Source: a virus (taxonomy: Duplodnaviria > Caudoviricetes). Taken from it: 24,954 bases of DNA. The notes beneath the pieces are model-generated. The model saw only the letters and a program-made list of their open reading frames with translations. It did no database searches and was not told the origin of the DNA. The position numbers were made by a program, and so were the translations under genes. The stretch is from the IMG/VR virus record IMGVR_UViG_3300027679_000035, positions 1-24,954 of that record; one strand, given 5' to 3'. Shown here piece after piece: positions 18,651 through 24,954 of this stretch; position 1 is the stretch's first letter; each line of letters opens with the position of its first letter.

Positions 18651-19607
18651 ATGAAAAAAGAACTAGAACTATTCAGCCCAACGCAAGAAGGAATTCTTGT
18701 GCCAGCAGCAACCTACCTCCGCCAAATGGCTGAGTTTGTTAAGACAGAATGGCCCGGCTTTGCCATCACCGAAAACCACATTAAGAAGGCATGGGCCAAG
18801 CTCCAGAAGAATGAGTACCTCGATGATGGTACACCAGATGAAATGCTGGAGATGTACGAGAAAATGTCCGCTGACTGGGACATGGCTCTTGAACTGGAAG
18901 AGGAACGGATTAACGTAACAAATACCCCTGTCGAAGAACCAGTCAACGAATCCCTAGCGTTGATTGAAAGCGTCAAGGATGGGCTAGAGTTATCCTCCTT
19001 CACCAAGAAGTTCGACATCGGTGCGGGCATGACGCAGTGCGTCCCCCGTGGTAAGGTAGAGATGAAAGACTGGGTAGCAGCATTTGCCTTTGGTCTGACT
19101 CTCGAAAGCGGAGCGCAATGGATCGTAGGTGATTCCGTTGTAGCACTAGAGAATGCTGGTCACGATGACGTGATCAACCAACTCTGTGCTAACTTCAAGA
19201 AGAGCTACAGCACCGTCTCTGGGTACGCTAGGGCTTGCAGGGCATTCCCCGCTGAGAAGAGGGACGCTAGTCTACCCTTCACGGTCTACCGTGAGATCGG
19301 TAATGCTAACTTCGGTGATGCCAAGACCAATGCCAAGAAGCAACAAGCCATGCTAGAGGTAGCCAAGGTGGAAGGGCTATCCTCTACTGAAGTCAGGAAC
19401 AGGGTCAGGAACGAGCAAGGTAAGGATGATAAGTCTGTCCCACCACATCGTTATCTTAACCTCAATGTAGGAAACTACAGCAATTCTGAAGTTCTCCGAT
19501 CAGTGCCGGAGAAACTGGAAGCCCATGAACTGCTGATCGACCGACAAGATATGTCATGGTTCGACGCAGCACAAGGTGAGTGGGTCAAATTCGCGAAGGA
19601 ACAATAA
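18651..19607 (+). CDS. LmbU-like helix-turn-helix DNA-binding protein
   Basis: DWVAAF...SGAQWIVGD...KKSYSTVSGYARACRAFPAEKRDASLPFTVYREI...QQAMLEVAKVEGLSSTEVRNRVR parallels the LmbU-family pattern (WWLGDW...YQTLRNYAWVARRF...RR..LSF.HH.EV...W....LR) as I recall it. Confidence 0.6.
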   Translation: MKKELELFSPTQEGILVPAATYLRQMAEFVKTEWPGFAITENHIKKAWAKLQKNEYLDDGTPDEMLEMYEKMSADWDMALELEEERINVTNTPVEEPVNESLALIESVKDGLELSSFTKKFDIGAGMTQCVPRGKVEMKDWVAAFAFGLTLESGAQWIVGDSVVALENAGHDDVINQLCANFKKSYSTVSGYARACRAFPAEKRDASLPFTVYREIGNANFGDAKTNAKKQQAMLEVAKVEGLSSTEVRNRVRNEQGKDDKSVPPHRYLNLNVGNYSNSEVLRSVPEKLEAHELLIDRQDMSWFDAAQGEWVKFAKEQ

Positions 19608-19747
19608 TGAAACGAGATTACGAAAACGATCCAGAGCAATACTGGAGAGACAAAGAAGAACGCAAAGAACAAGACGGGCAAGAGAAACTGAAACGCTGGG
19701 AGAAAGAAAATCCGAACTGGCCCTACGGATTCAAACCGAAAGATTAA
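19607..19747 (+). CDS. 46-aa charged hypothetical protein
   Basis: Not in the ORF track; TAATG overlap; MKRDYENDPEQYWRDKEERKEQDGQEKLKRWEKENPNWPYGFKPKD; stop lies 3 nt before the next ATG. Confidence 0.65.
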   Translation: MKRDYENDPEQYWRDKEERKEQDGQEKLKRWEKENPNWPYGFKPKD

Positions 19748-19750
19748 TTT

Positions 19751-20032
19751 ATGTCAGAAAAAAACCAACAAAACGAAACATCTAAAACTATTCTTGAGGC
19801 ATTCAGCTTCATCAAGTGTGAGGATGAAAAACTAAACGAACGAGTCCACGCCTTCGCCAGCCTCCTGCACACAGCAGCGATGATGGTGATCCGATCTGAA
19901 TCCCGCAAGGGTGAAGGGTTCGAGTGTATCAAATACTTGGAGCTTGGCTTCCTCTACTACAAAGAGAGCCAGTTCCGCAAGCGTTTCGATACGGAAGAGA
20001 AGGAAGAAGAGACTTCTCGTATCATCACCTAA
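19751..20032 (+). CDS. hypothetical protein (93 aa)
   Basis: ATG-started ORF ending the + strand operon just before the terminator. Confidence 0.7.
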   Translation: MSEKNQQNETSKTILEAFSFIKCEDEKLNERVHAFASLLHTAAMMVIRSESRKGEGFECIKYLELGFLYYKESQFRKRFDTEEKEEETSRIIT

Positions 20033-20052
20033 TTATCGGAAACGATAGAAAC

Positions 20053-20095
20053 AAAAAAGCCCACAGGGATTTTACTCCTTGTGGGCTTATTGCTT
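20053..20095. terminator. probable bidirectional terminator between convergent operons
   Basis: AAAAAAGCCCACAGGG...CCTTGTGGGCTT; the A-tract gives a U-tail for the - strand transcript, with a weaker T-rich tail on +. Confidence 0.75.
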
Positions 20096-21717
20096 TAGAC
20101 TTTCGGTGCTACGGATATCGAACCATCTATCTCCCCATCCATGAGGGTATCCATCCGCTTGAGCTTGGCATCGAGCGAACTACAGACTGACTCCTCGATG
20201 TCTACACCAGCGGCGTAGATGAGGTACTGGATTGACTTAGACTTACCTCCAGCCCGGTGTACCCTACCTAGAACTTGCTTGAGATCAAAGACCGAATAGG
20301 TAGGCATGATCAGAGCAACTCTGGAATGCTGACCAGTTACATCGTGGAGGTTTAATCCTTCACGACAGGCTTGGATGATCCCAATCATCACCCGTGATCG
20401 ATCACCTTGGAAGGCATCGATATTCCCTCGTCGGATGAGGTCACTCTGACCTCCATGAATCGCACAAGTAGTCTTCAACTGATCTTGCATGAACTTGAGG
20501 GTTTCGGTGAAGTTGACTGCAATGAACACGCTATTGCCTTCCTCGATCAAATCCTTGACCAAAGCACATACTGCTGGTGCTTTGAAGAGTTCGATCTTCT
20601 GACGGGCGCGGGTCATCTCTGCTAGTACTGCACCCATAGAAGAGGCAGCGTTCTCTTGCATACGGATCTGTTCTACTCTGACCATCACGTCTTCGTACTC
20701 TTTCGCTATCTCTCTGGCGGTATCCATATCGAATGCTCTGGCTTGGATGAGCGTCTCTGGGAATGCATCACCTACATCAGAAGGCTTGAGTCTGTTACCC
20801 TTGTCGGGGAAGATCAGACCATGAAGGTTCTTGAGAACCTTATTGCCACCTCTGAACTGCATGCCGAACTGGGTCTGGACGCATCCGCAACCATTGAGGA
20901 AGCGGAAGTAGTCTTTGCCACCTTGATGCAGACCCAAGAACTGACCGATTGCCCACATCTTTGTGGGATCATCTGCCATCGTCGCAGAAAGAGCAATCGT
21001 AGGCACGTTCTGCACAACGCAATCCCGAAGCATGAAAGCATTCTGGGTATTACCTTGTGCCTTTGCACGGTGAACCTCATCAATGATAAGATCGGTATCT
21101 GGTGGAAGAGTGAACTGGAAGTGCTTCTTCTTGTCATCTGTCCATTGTCCAATCTTACTCTTGCCGGTCTTTGCCCACTCCCATCCGCAAACTTCGTAGG
21201 TTTCAACGCCGAAGTATTTAGCCATCCTATGCCAATCGGTAGTGATCGGCTTAGGACAGATAACAGCTACTTTCCTGCCCCGTTCCCGCGCAACTGCAAG
21301 AGCAATAGCTGTCTTGCCCATCCCAGTCCCATGACCGAGAAGCGCACGATTATACTTGAGCATGGAACGAAGAGCCAACTGAACTGAAGTGAGTTGGTAC
21401 TCAAATAACTTCTCTGGATATACCAGAGCAGGAAGATCATACTTAATCTCTGGTTCAGGTTGTTTCTCAGCGGACGGGATTATCGGAAACGATAGGTCTT
21501 CCCTAGACCACCAAGCTAACTCCCAAGCATCTCTGAACTTGGAAAGCTGGAGGCCGAGGTCACCCATTGCTTGTTTGTAATCATCACGATCCTCGCGGTA
21601 AATATCCCAGAACTCCTGCGTGACACTCGCCTTCCGAAGAAGACGAGGGCCACGTTTGGTCGAAGTGGACATTGGTTGCGAGAACTCAACGGAATCTAGT
21701 AATGCTTTAAGATTCAT
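20095..21717 (-). CDS. superfamily 2 (SNF2-like DExH) helicase
   Basis: Walker A GHGTGMGKT, DEVH, SAT, EGLNLH, QVLGRVHRAG; start probably ATG 21717 (AAGGGG upstream, overlaps the previous stop) rather than 21750. Confidence 0.9.
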   Translation of the reverse strand: MNLKALLDSVEFSQPMSTSTKRGPRLLRKASVTQEFWDIYREDRDDYKQAMGDLGLQLSKFRDAWELAWWSREDLSFPIIPSAEKQPEPEIKYDLPALVYPEKLFEYQLTSVQLALRSMLKYNRALLGHGTGMGKTAIALAVARERGRKVAVICPKPITTDWHRMAKYFGVETYEVCGWEWAKTGKSKIGQWTDDKKKHFQFTLPPDTDLIIDEVHRAKAQGNTQNAFMLRDCVVQNVPTIALSATMADDPTKMWAIGQFLGLHQGGKDYFRFLNGCGCVQTQFGMQFRGGNKVLKNLHGLIFPDKGNRLKPSDVGDAFPETLIQARAFDMDTAREIAKEYEDVMVRVEQIRMQENAASSMGAVLAEMTRARQKIELFKAPAVCALVKDLIEEGNSVFIAVNFTETLKFMQDQLKTTCAIHGGQSDLIRRGNIDAFQGDRSRVMIGIIQACREGLNLHDVTGQHSRVALIMPTYSVFDLKQVLGRVHRAGGKSKSIQYLIYAAGVDIEESVCSSLDAKLKRMDTLMDGEIDGSISVAPKV

Positions 21718-22000
21718 TATGCTTCCCCTTTGCTTTGCGGAGAGCTTCACGGGCTTTGTTTGCTGGAACTCTGGAGTTGGTTAGTTTTTCGCCATTGATT
21801 GCGATATAATCGTTAAGGAGGAATTCCAATGCGTCCAACAAATCGGGAGCCGATGCGATTAGATTGGCATTAGCTTTAGTTGTTGTTATTGTTCCGACAA
21901 GATTCCCATTTTCACCAGAAAATATAGTTACTGAAACCTTTCCTTCATTTTTAATTCCCGAATAAATCCAAGGGGCTGGTGTGTGTTGTGTTGCTTTCAT
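21707..22000 (-). CDS. conserved small phage protein (HTPxPW...ANAxLIAxAPDLLxAL family)
   Basis: HTPAPW and ANANLIASAPDLLDALE motifs. Confidence 0.8.
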   Translation of the reverse strand: MKATQHTPAPWIYSGIKNEGKVSVTIFSGENGNLVGTITTTKANANLIASAPDLLDALEFLLNDYIAINGEKLTNSRVPANKAREALRKAKGKHNES

Positions 22001-22149
22001 TTCTCGTATTTAATTGCTGTCACTTTCTTGTCTGGGTAGACAGTTGACTTGAACTTTGGCATCTCTTGTGACTTGGAAGAGGTTTGCCAGAGTCGGATGT
22101 ATGCCTCTGGTGGGAGGCACGTTGCTTGGTTCTTTTCGGTGTAGCTCAT
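21997..22149 (-). CDS. 50-aa hypothetical protein
   Basis: Not in the ORF track; MSYTEKNQATCLPPEAYIRLWQTSSKSQEMPKFKSTVYPDKKVTAIKYEK with ATGA overlaps at both ends. Confidence 0.7.
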   Translation of the reverse strand: MSYTEKNQATCLPPEAYIRLWQTSSKSQEMPKFKSTVYPDKKVTAIKYEK

Positions 22150-22364
22150 TTGACTATATCAGTATTGTATTTATTATTGATGTAAGCAACCAGTTGTTTT
22201 AGAACTGATTGTTTGTTTCCTTTGAATCCAAAGCTGCTCTTTGCTATTCCATAGGCGGTATGTCCTTTGCTATGCTTCATGCCAGCACACTCTAATTTAA
22301 GTGCTGACTTGAGCCTGAGAAGAGCATAAATCTCAAACTGCTGTGGTTCTATTATGGTATTCAT
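22146..22364 (-). CDS. 72-aa basic phage protein
   Basis: ALKLECAGMK...AYGIAKSSFGFKGNKQSVLKQL; GGAG upstream; preceded by repeat element A. Confidence 0.75.
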   Translation of the reverse strand: MNTIIEPQQFEIYALLRLKSALKLECAGMKHSKGHTAYGIAKSSFGFKGNKQSVLKQLVAYINNKYNTDIVK

Positions 22365-22443
22365 TATGTTTTGGTTTCTCCAGTAGCACTATGCTACCAG
22401 ACTGCCAGCCACTATCGTTTCCGATAATGACTGGAGTGTCTGG
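22365..22443 (-). repeat. intergenic structured repeat, copy A
   Basis: Minus strand: CCAGAC-ACT-CCAGTCATTATCG-GAAA-CGATAGTGGCTGG-CA-GTCTG, GTAGCA-TAG-TGCTAC, A/C-rich leader. Confidence 0.85.
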
Positions 22444-22995
22444 TTACAACTCTGCTTTTGCAAGTAACTCGCCCATCACTTTGACGTGGGAAAGTACAAT
22501 TACATTAGGGTTTGTAATGACAACTAGCTTCTCGCCATCTGTACCCCTGCTCAAACTTTCAACGATGCCATTCAGAACTTTACTCTCGCGAGATTTATCA
22601 AAAATCTCTGCACCGTAGAATACTCTCATGTTTGGTTCGCATGAACAGTAAACACGAATAGTTCCAACTGCACCGAACTCCTGACTATGCCGAATATCAA
22701 TGTAATGGTGATGAGTGCCATAGATGTTCCCATTGAACATGGTAATGCCATCTGGATCACCAGCATCATGGCGATGAGTTATAGTGATGCCCAACTTGGA
22801 TAGCTTGTGAGAATCCTCAAAAACTACCTTTAGCCTTTCGACTAGGCATACCAATCCGCAACGGGCAAGCCCATCACGAACCTCTCTCTGTTCTATTCTA
22901 GTTCTTTCTATGCCCTGCTCCGATTGAAGATGGGCAAGATGCTTCTCTCTGGCTTCTTTTACAGCGGTTCTTATATTTTGTTGGTCTGTTATCAT
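22444..22995 (-). CDS. hypothetical protein (183 aa)
   Basis: ORF bounded exactly by repeats B and A. Confidence 0.75.
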   Translation of the reverse strand: MITDQQNIRTAVKEAREKHLAHLQSEQGIERTRIEQREVRDGLARCGLVCLVERLKVVFEDSHKLSKLGITITHRHDAGDPDGITMFNGNIYGTHHHYIDIRHSQEFGAVGTIRVYCSCEPNMRVFYGAEIFDKSRESKVLNGIVESLSRGTDGEKLVVITNPNVIVLSHVKVMGELLAKAEL

Positions 22996-23080
22996 ATTTT
23001 ATGTTTCGTGTTTTACCGATTACACCATGTAATCAGACTGCTCCCCACTATCGTAAAACGATAATGAGGAGAGTGTCTGG
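22996..23080 (-). repeat. intergenic structured repeat, copy B
   Basis: Minus strand: CCAGAC-ACT-CTCCTCATTATCG-TTTTA-CGATAGTGGGGAG-CA-GTCT, GATTACA-TGG-TGTAATC, GGTAAAACACGAAACATAAAAT. Confidence 0.85.
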
Positions 23081-23500
23081 TTACGGACAAGCGTGATTGT
23101 AGCAATCTTCTGCTGAGTCAAACGGGCCTTGAGCCATAGCCATATTATCATGGTAATACCATCCGGGATGCTCGACACCTGTCACTTGGAAGGGGTCAAC
23201 ATCCTTGATGGATGAGGTGATATAGTCTATGAGCTTCTTGGCTTCTGGAAGCCAACAGGCTTGACCGTATTCAATCCAACTACCATCACGGATCATTGCA
23301 TCTTGATAGTTGTTTACTTCCTCGCGAAAGGCAGCATCATCATATTCTTTTAGCACAACCCCAGCTAACATATAGGTGAACGGGCCACCTAAAGGGCTTA
23401 AATTATATGTTTGATTGAGCATCTCAATAGTGGCTTCTTCTATGTCTATGGAGTCATTTTCATCATAGACTCTATCTAGTATGTATTGTTCTCTTCTCAT
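23081..23500 (-). CDS. acidic hypothetical phage protein (139 aa)
   Basis: ORF with MLNQTY...VLKEYDDAAFR region and C-terminal GWYY...GPFDSAE motif; its stop abuts repeat B. Confidence 0.75.
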   Translation of the reverse strand: MRREQYILDRVYDENDSIDIEEATIEMLNQTYNLSPLGGPFTYMLAGVVLKEYDDAAFREEVNNYQDAMIRDGSWIEYGQACWLPEAKKLIDYITSSIKDVDPFQVTGVEHPGWYYHDNMAMAQGPFDSAEDCYNHACP

Positions 23501-23501
23501 G

Positions 23502-23672
23502 TTATTTAATTAAAGAAATGTCATGAATAAATTCTTCTGAATGAACAACTTTGTATTCATTATCAAAGAATGCATCTGCGGCTAATTCTGTAGCTTCTTT
23601 TTCACTACTAGCTTCAATATCAAATGTATACATCTGATTTTCTACTCTTACATATTGAATTTTATATCTCAT
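23502..23672 (-). CDS. 56-aa small protein, DpnD/PcfM-like pattern
   Basis: Not in the ORF track; MRYKIQYVRVENQMYTFDIEASSEKEATELAADAFF...; the YxI...IEAxSxxEAxxxA pattern; preceded by repeat C. Confidence 0.7.
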   Translation of the reverse strand: MRYKIQYVRVENQMYTFDIEASSEKEATELAADAFFDNEYKVVHSEEFIHDISLIK

Positions 23673-23764
23673 GTTTTCTTTCTATTTATTGTTTCGTGTT
23701 TTACCGATTATCGGAAACGATAACCAGACTACTGCCCACCCTTGCGGATGAGCAGCGTGTCTAA
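23673..23764 (-). repeat. intergenic structured repeat, copy C
   Basis: Minus strand: TTAGAC-ACG-CTGCTCATCC-GCAA-GGGTGGGCAG-TA-GTCTG, GTTATCG-TTTC-CGATAAT, CGGTAAAACACGAAAC. Confidence 0.85.
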
Positions 23765-24142
23765 TTAGCGGATGCTGACTTGGATTGTGCATTCTTCAAG
23801 GTGATCGGTGACTTTCTCTGTAACCATCTCCACCATGTCTGTGCTATCGAGTGTTTTCTCGATTACATCACCGTAATCGTAATCTCTAACTGCATTACTT
23901 ACAGCTTCATCAACAATGTCACCAATGTCTGATGTTTCTAAATGTGCCGCTACTCTGCTTTGGATATTAGCATTGCTGACAGCATCTTTAACACGGGAAA
24001 TAACTTCATTGATGATGAGGTCATTTACCTTGTTAACTGCATTGGTGACTGCTGACTGGATGAGGATTGCGATTGCATCTTCCGAGCTGATTTCAGCGGG
24101 ATGGAAGCCTTCGCCGTTTTCGTTTCTATAGTATGTTTGCAT
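23765..24142 (-). CDS. acidic helical hypothetical protein (125 aa)
   Basis: True start is probably ATG 24142 (MQTYYRNE...) directly after repeat D, not 24352. Confidence 0.75.
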   Translation of the reverse strand: MQTYYRNENGEGFHPAEISSEDAIAILIQSAVTNAVNKVNDLIINEVISRVKDAVSNANIQSRVAAHLETSDIGDIVDEAVSNAVRDYDYGDVIEKTLDSTDMVEMVTEKVTDHLEECTIQVSIR

Positions 24143-24227
24143 TTGTTTTATGTTTCGTGTTTTTCCACTTACACTATGTAAGCAGACTGCTGGCGTTATC
24201 GTAAAACGATAACACCAGAGTGTCTGA
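24143..24227 (-). repeat. intergenic structured repeat, copy D
   Basis: Minus strand: TCAGAC-ACT-CTGGTGTTATCG-TTTTA-CGATAACGCCAG-CA-GTCTG, CTTACA-TAG-TGTAAG, TGGAAAAACACGAAACATAAAACAA. Confidence 0.85.
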
Positions 24228-24392
24228 CTACGCATAGAATCTGCCGTCACATACCCGGATGACTTGCTTGTCCTTCTTGGTAATGATTGTGACGATAGAC
24301 TTCTTGGGAGTAATGGCGCGACATACGCCGATTGACTTCTTGGGGATAGCATCGAAGAGCTTTCGCGCCTTCGACTTGGTTACTTCAAGCAT
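24228..24392 (-). CDS. 54-aa basic hypothetical protein
   Basis: Not in the ORF track; MLEVTKSKARKLFDAIPKKSIGVCRAITPKKSIVTIITKKDKQVIRVCDGRFYA; its TAG abuts repeat D exactly as stops abut the other copies. Confidence 0.65.
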   Translation of the reverse strand: MLEVTKSKARKLFDAIPKKSIGVCRAITPKKSIVTIITKKDKQVIRVCDGRFYA

Positions 24393-24463
24393 AAATAAGA
24401 TAAAGCTATAACTATCTGAAAGATTAGAATAAAACCTATAAAGATAACTATATCTCGTATCAC
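24380..24463 (-). CDS. 27-aa single-TM membrane peptide
   Basis: GTG start overlapping the upstream TGA, AAGGAGG 7 nt upstream; MIRDIVIFIGFILIFQIVIALSYLCLK. Confidence 0.6.
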   Translation of the reverse strand: MIRDIVIFIGFILIFQIVIALSYLCLK

Positions 24464-24954
24464 GCGATAGCCTCCTTTGCCTTCTTTAGCTGATATCCAT
24501 GCGGGTTAATCCATATGGATGGCAGAGAAGAGCGGCGATTGTTGCCGTCACATAGACCGCACTCACCGCAAGTAAGCCCCTTGGAATCCGCTAGACATTC
24601 AATATCGTTAACGAGAGGTTTCTCGCTGACGGTGAATGTGCGAAGGCCGAGGTTCTTGGCAAACTCCACATTGTGAGTATTGGTTGAAGCCATGAAGTAA
24701 CGTCCGTAGGACTTGGCTAGATCAACTGGCATCTGATGCCAATCATGGAAGTAGCCTGTAATCCTACGAGCTAGGCTAGTGATGCTATGGATCATCTCAA
24801 GTGGGAGATGAGATGGATTGCCATAAGCACCGAAGCGGACGTAAGGCACAGAGAAGAAGTCATGCCACTCGCGTGTTCCCATATGAAGATATTCATATGA
24901 GCCACGCTTGTATGCTCTCCAGATTGCACCGAGAGGATTGTCATTTACATAACA
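24460..24954 (-). CDS. Cys-cluster phage protein of the gp88-like type (5' truncated)
   Basis: Frame is open to the window end (CYVNDNPLGAIWRAYKRGSY...); motifs VRFGAYGNP, GYFHDW, FMAS, C-x7-CxxCxxC, IWINPHG. Confidence 0.65.
   Translation of the reverse strand, partial: CYVNDNPLGAIWRAYKRGSYEYLHMGTREWHDFFSVPYVRFGAYGNPSHLPLEMIHSITSLARRITGYFHDWHQMPVDLAKSYGRYFMASTNTHNVEFAKNLGLRTFTVSEKPLVNDIECLADSKGLTCGECGLCDGNNRRSSLPSIWINPHGYQLKKAKEAIA

Larger units (their letters stand above)
778..24211. repeat. dispersed palindrome TATCG-N4/5-CGATA, 14 copies
   Basis: Starts at 778, 1215, 3579, 9130, 11782, 13508, 16505, 18190, 20034, 21481, 22413, 23709 (N4) and 23049, 24197 (N5); one-mismatch copy at 24603. 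Found by manual scan. Confidence 0.9.

Noticed and set aside
19576-19785. 69-aa Arg-rich ORF in the track
   Set aside because: The alternative frame 19607-19747 fits with a TAATG overlap and a 3-nt gap and is the more plausible gene.
20656-21387. 243-aa + strand ORF
   Set aside because: Entirely antisense to the helicase, with no recognisable motifs; a shadow ORF. The same applies to the many 60-140 aa antisense ORFs in the virion genes.
778-24211. Palindrome as a restriction site or codon-usage artefact
   Set aside because: Phages tend to deplete rather than enrich restriction sites, and the copies occur in several reading registers and in intergenic DNA.
22365-24227. Repeats as integron attC sites
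   Set aside because: Placement is cassette-like, but RYYYAAC/GTTRRRY cores are not conserved (TAAC in two copies, GTT in one), wobble pairs favour the coding strand rather than the bottom strand, and there is no integrase in the window.
22365-24227. Repeats as hammerhead ribozymes or intrinsic terminators
   Set aside because: CUGANGA core is absent (CUGAUUA, CUGGUAG, CUGGUUA, CUGCUUA), and no U-tract follows the hairpins on the transcribed strand.
24143-24352. N-terminal 70 aa of the track ORF 23765..24352
   Set aside because: It runs through repeat D and another small gene; ATG 24142 matches the start position seen after the other repeats.

Overview
A 25-kb segment of a tailed dsDNA phage genome with podovirus-like organisation and three blocks. 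(1) A + strand virion block (1-16385): fibre-like proteins, probable tail nozzle and adaptor proteins, a cupin-like protein, two ejection-type proteins and a 2912-aa modular internal/polyvalent protein. (2) A + strand recombination/replication block (16618-20032): PD-(D/E)xK exonuclease, SSB-like protein and an LmbU-like HTH protein. (3) A convergent - strand block (20095-24954): an SF2 helicase plus many small early-type genes. The most unusual signals are non-coding. A palindrome TATCG-N4/5-CGATA occurs 14 times, half of them inside genes in different reading registers. Four copies of a covarying two-hairpin RNA element sit exactly between stop and start codons of the early genes. An unannotated promoter-hairpin-linker-terminator small RNA candidate at ~16418-16505 has a linker complementary to those early-gene leaders and to AUGAAA starts. 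Product calls come from motif recognition by eye; no searches were run.
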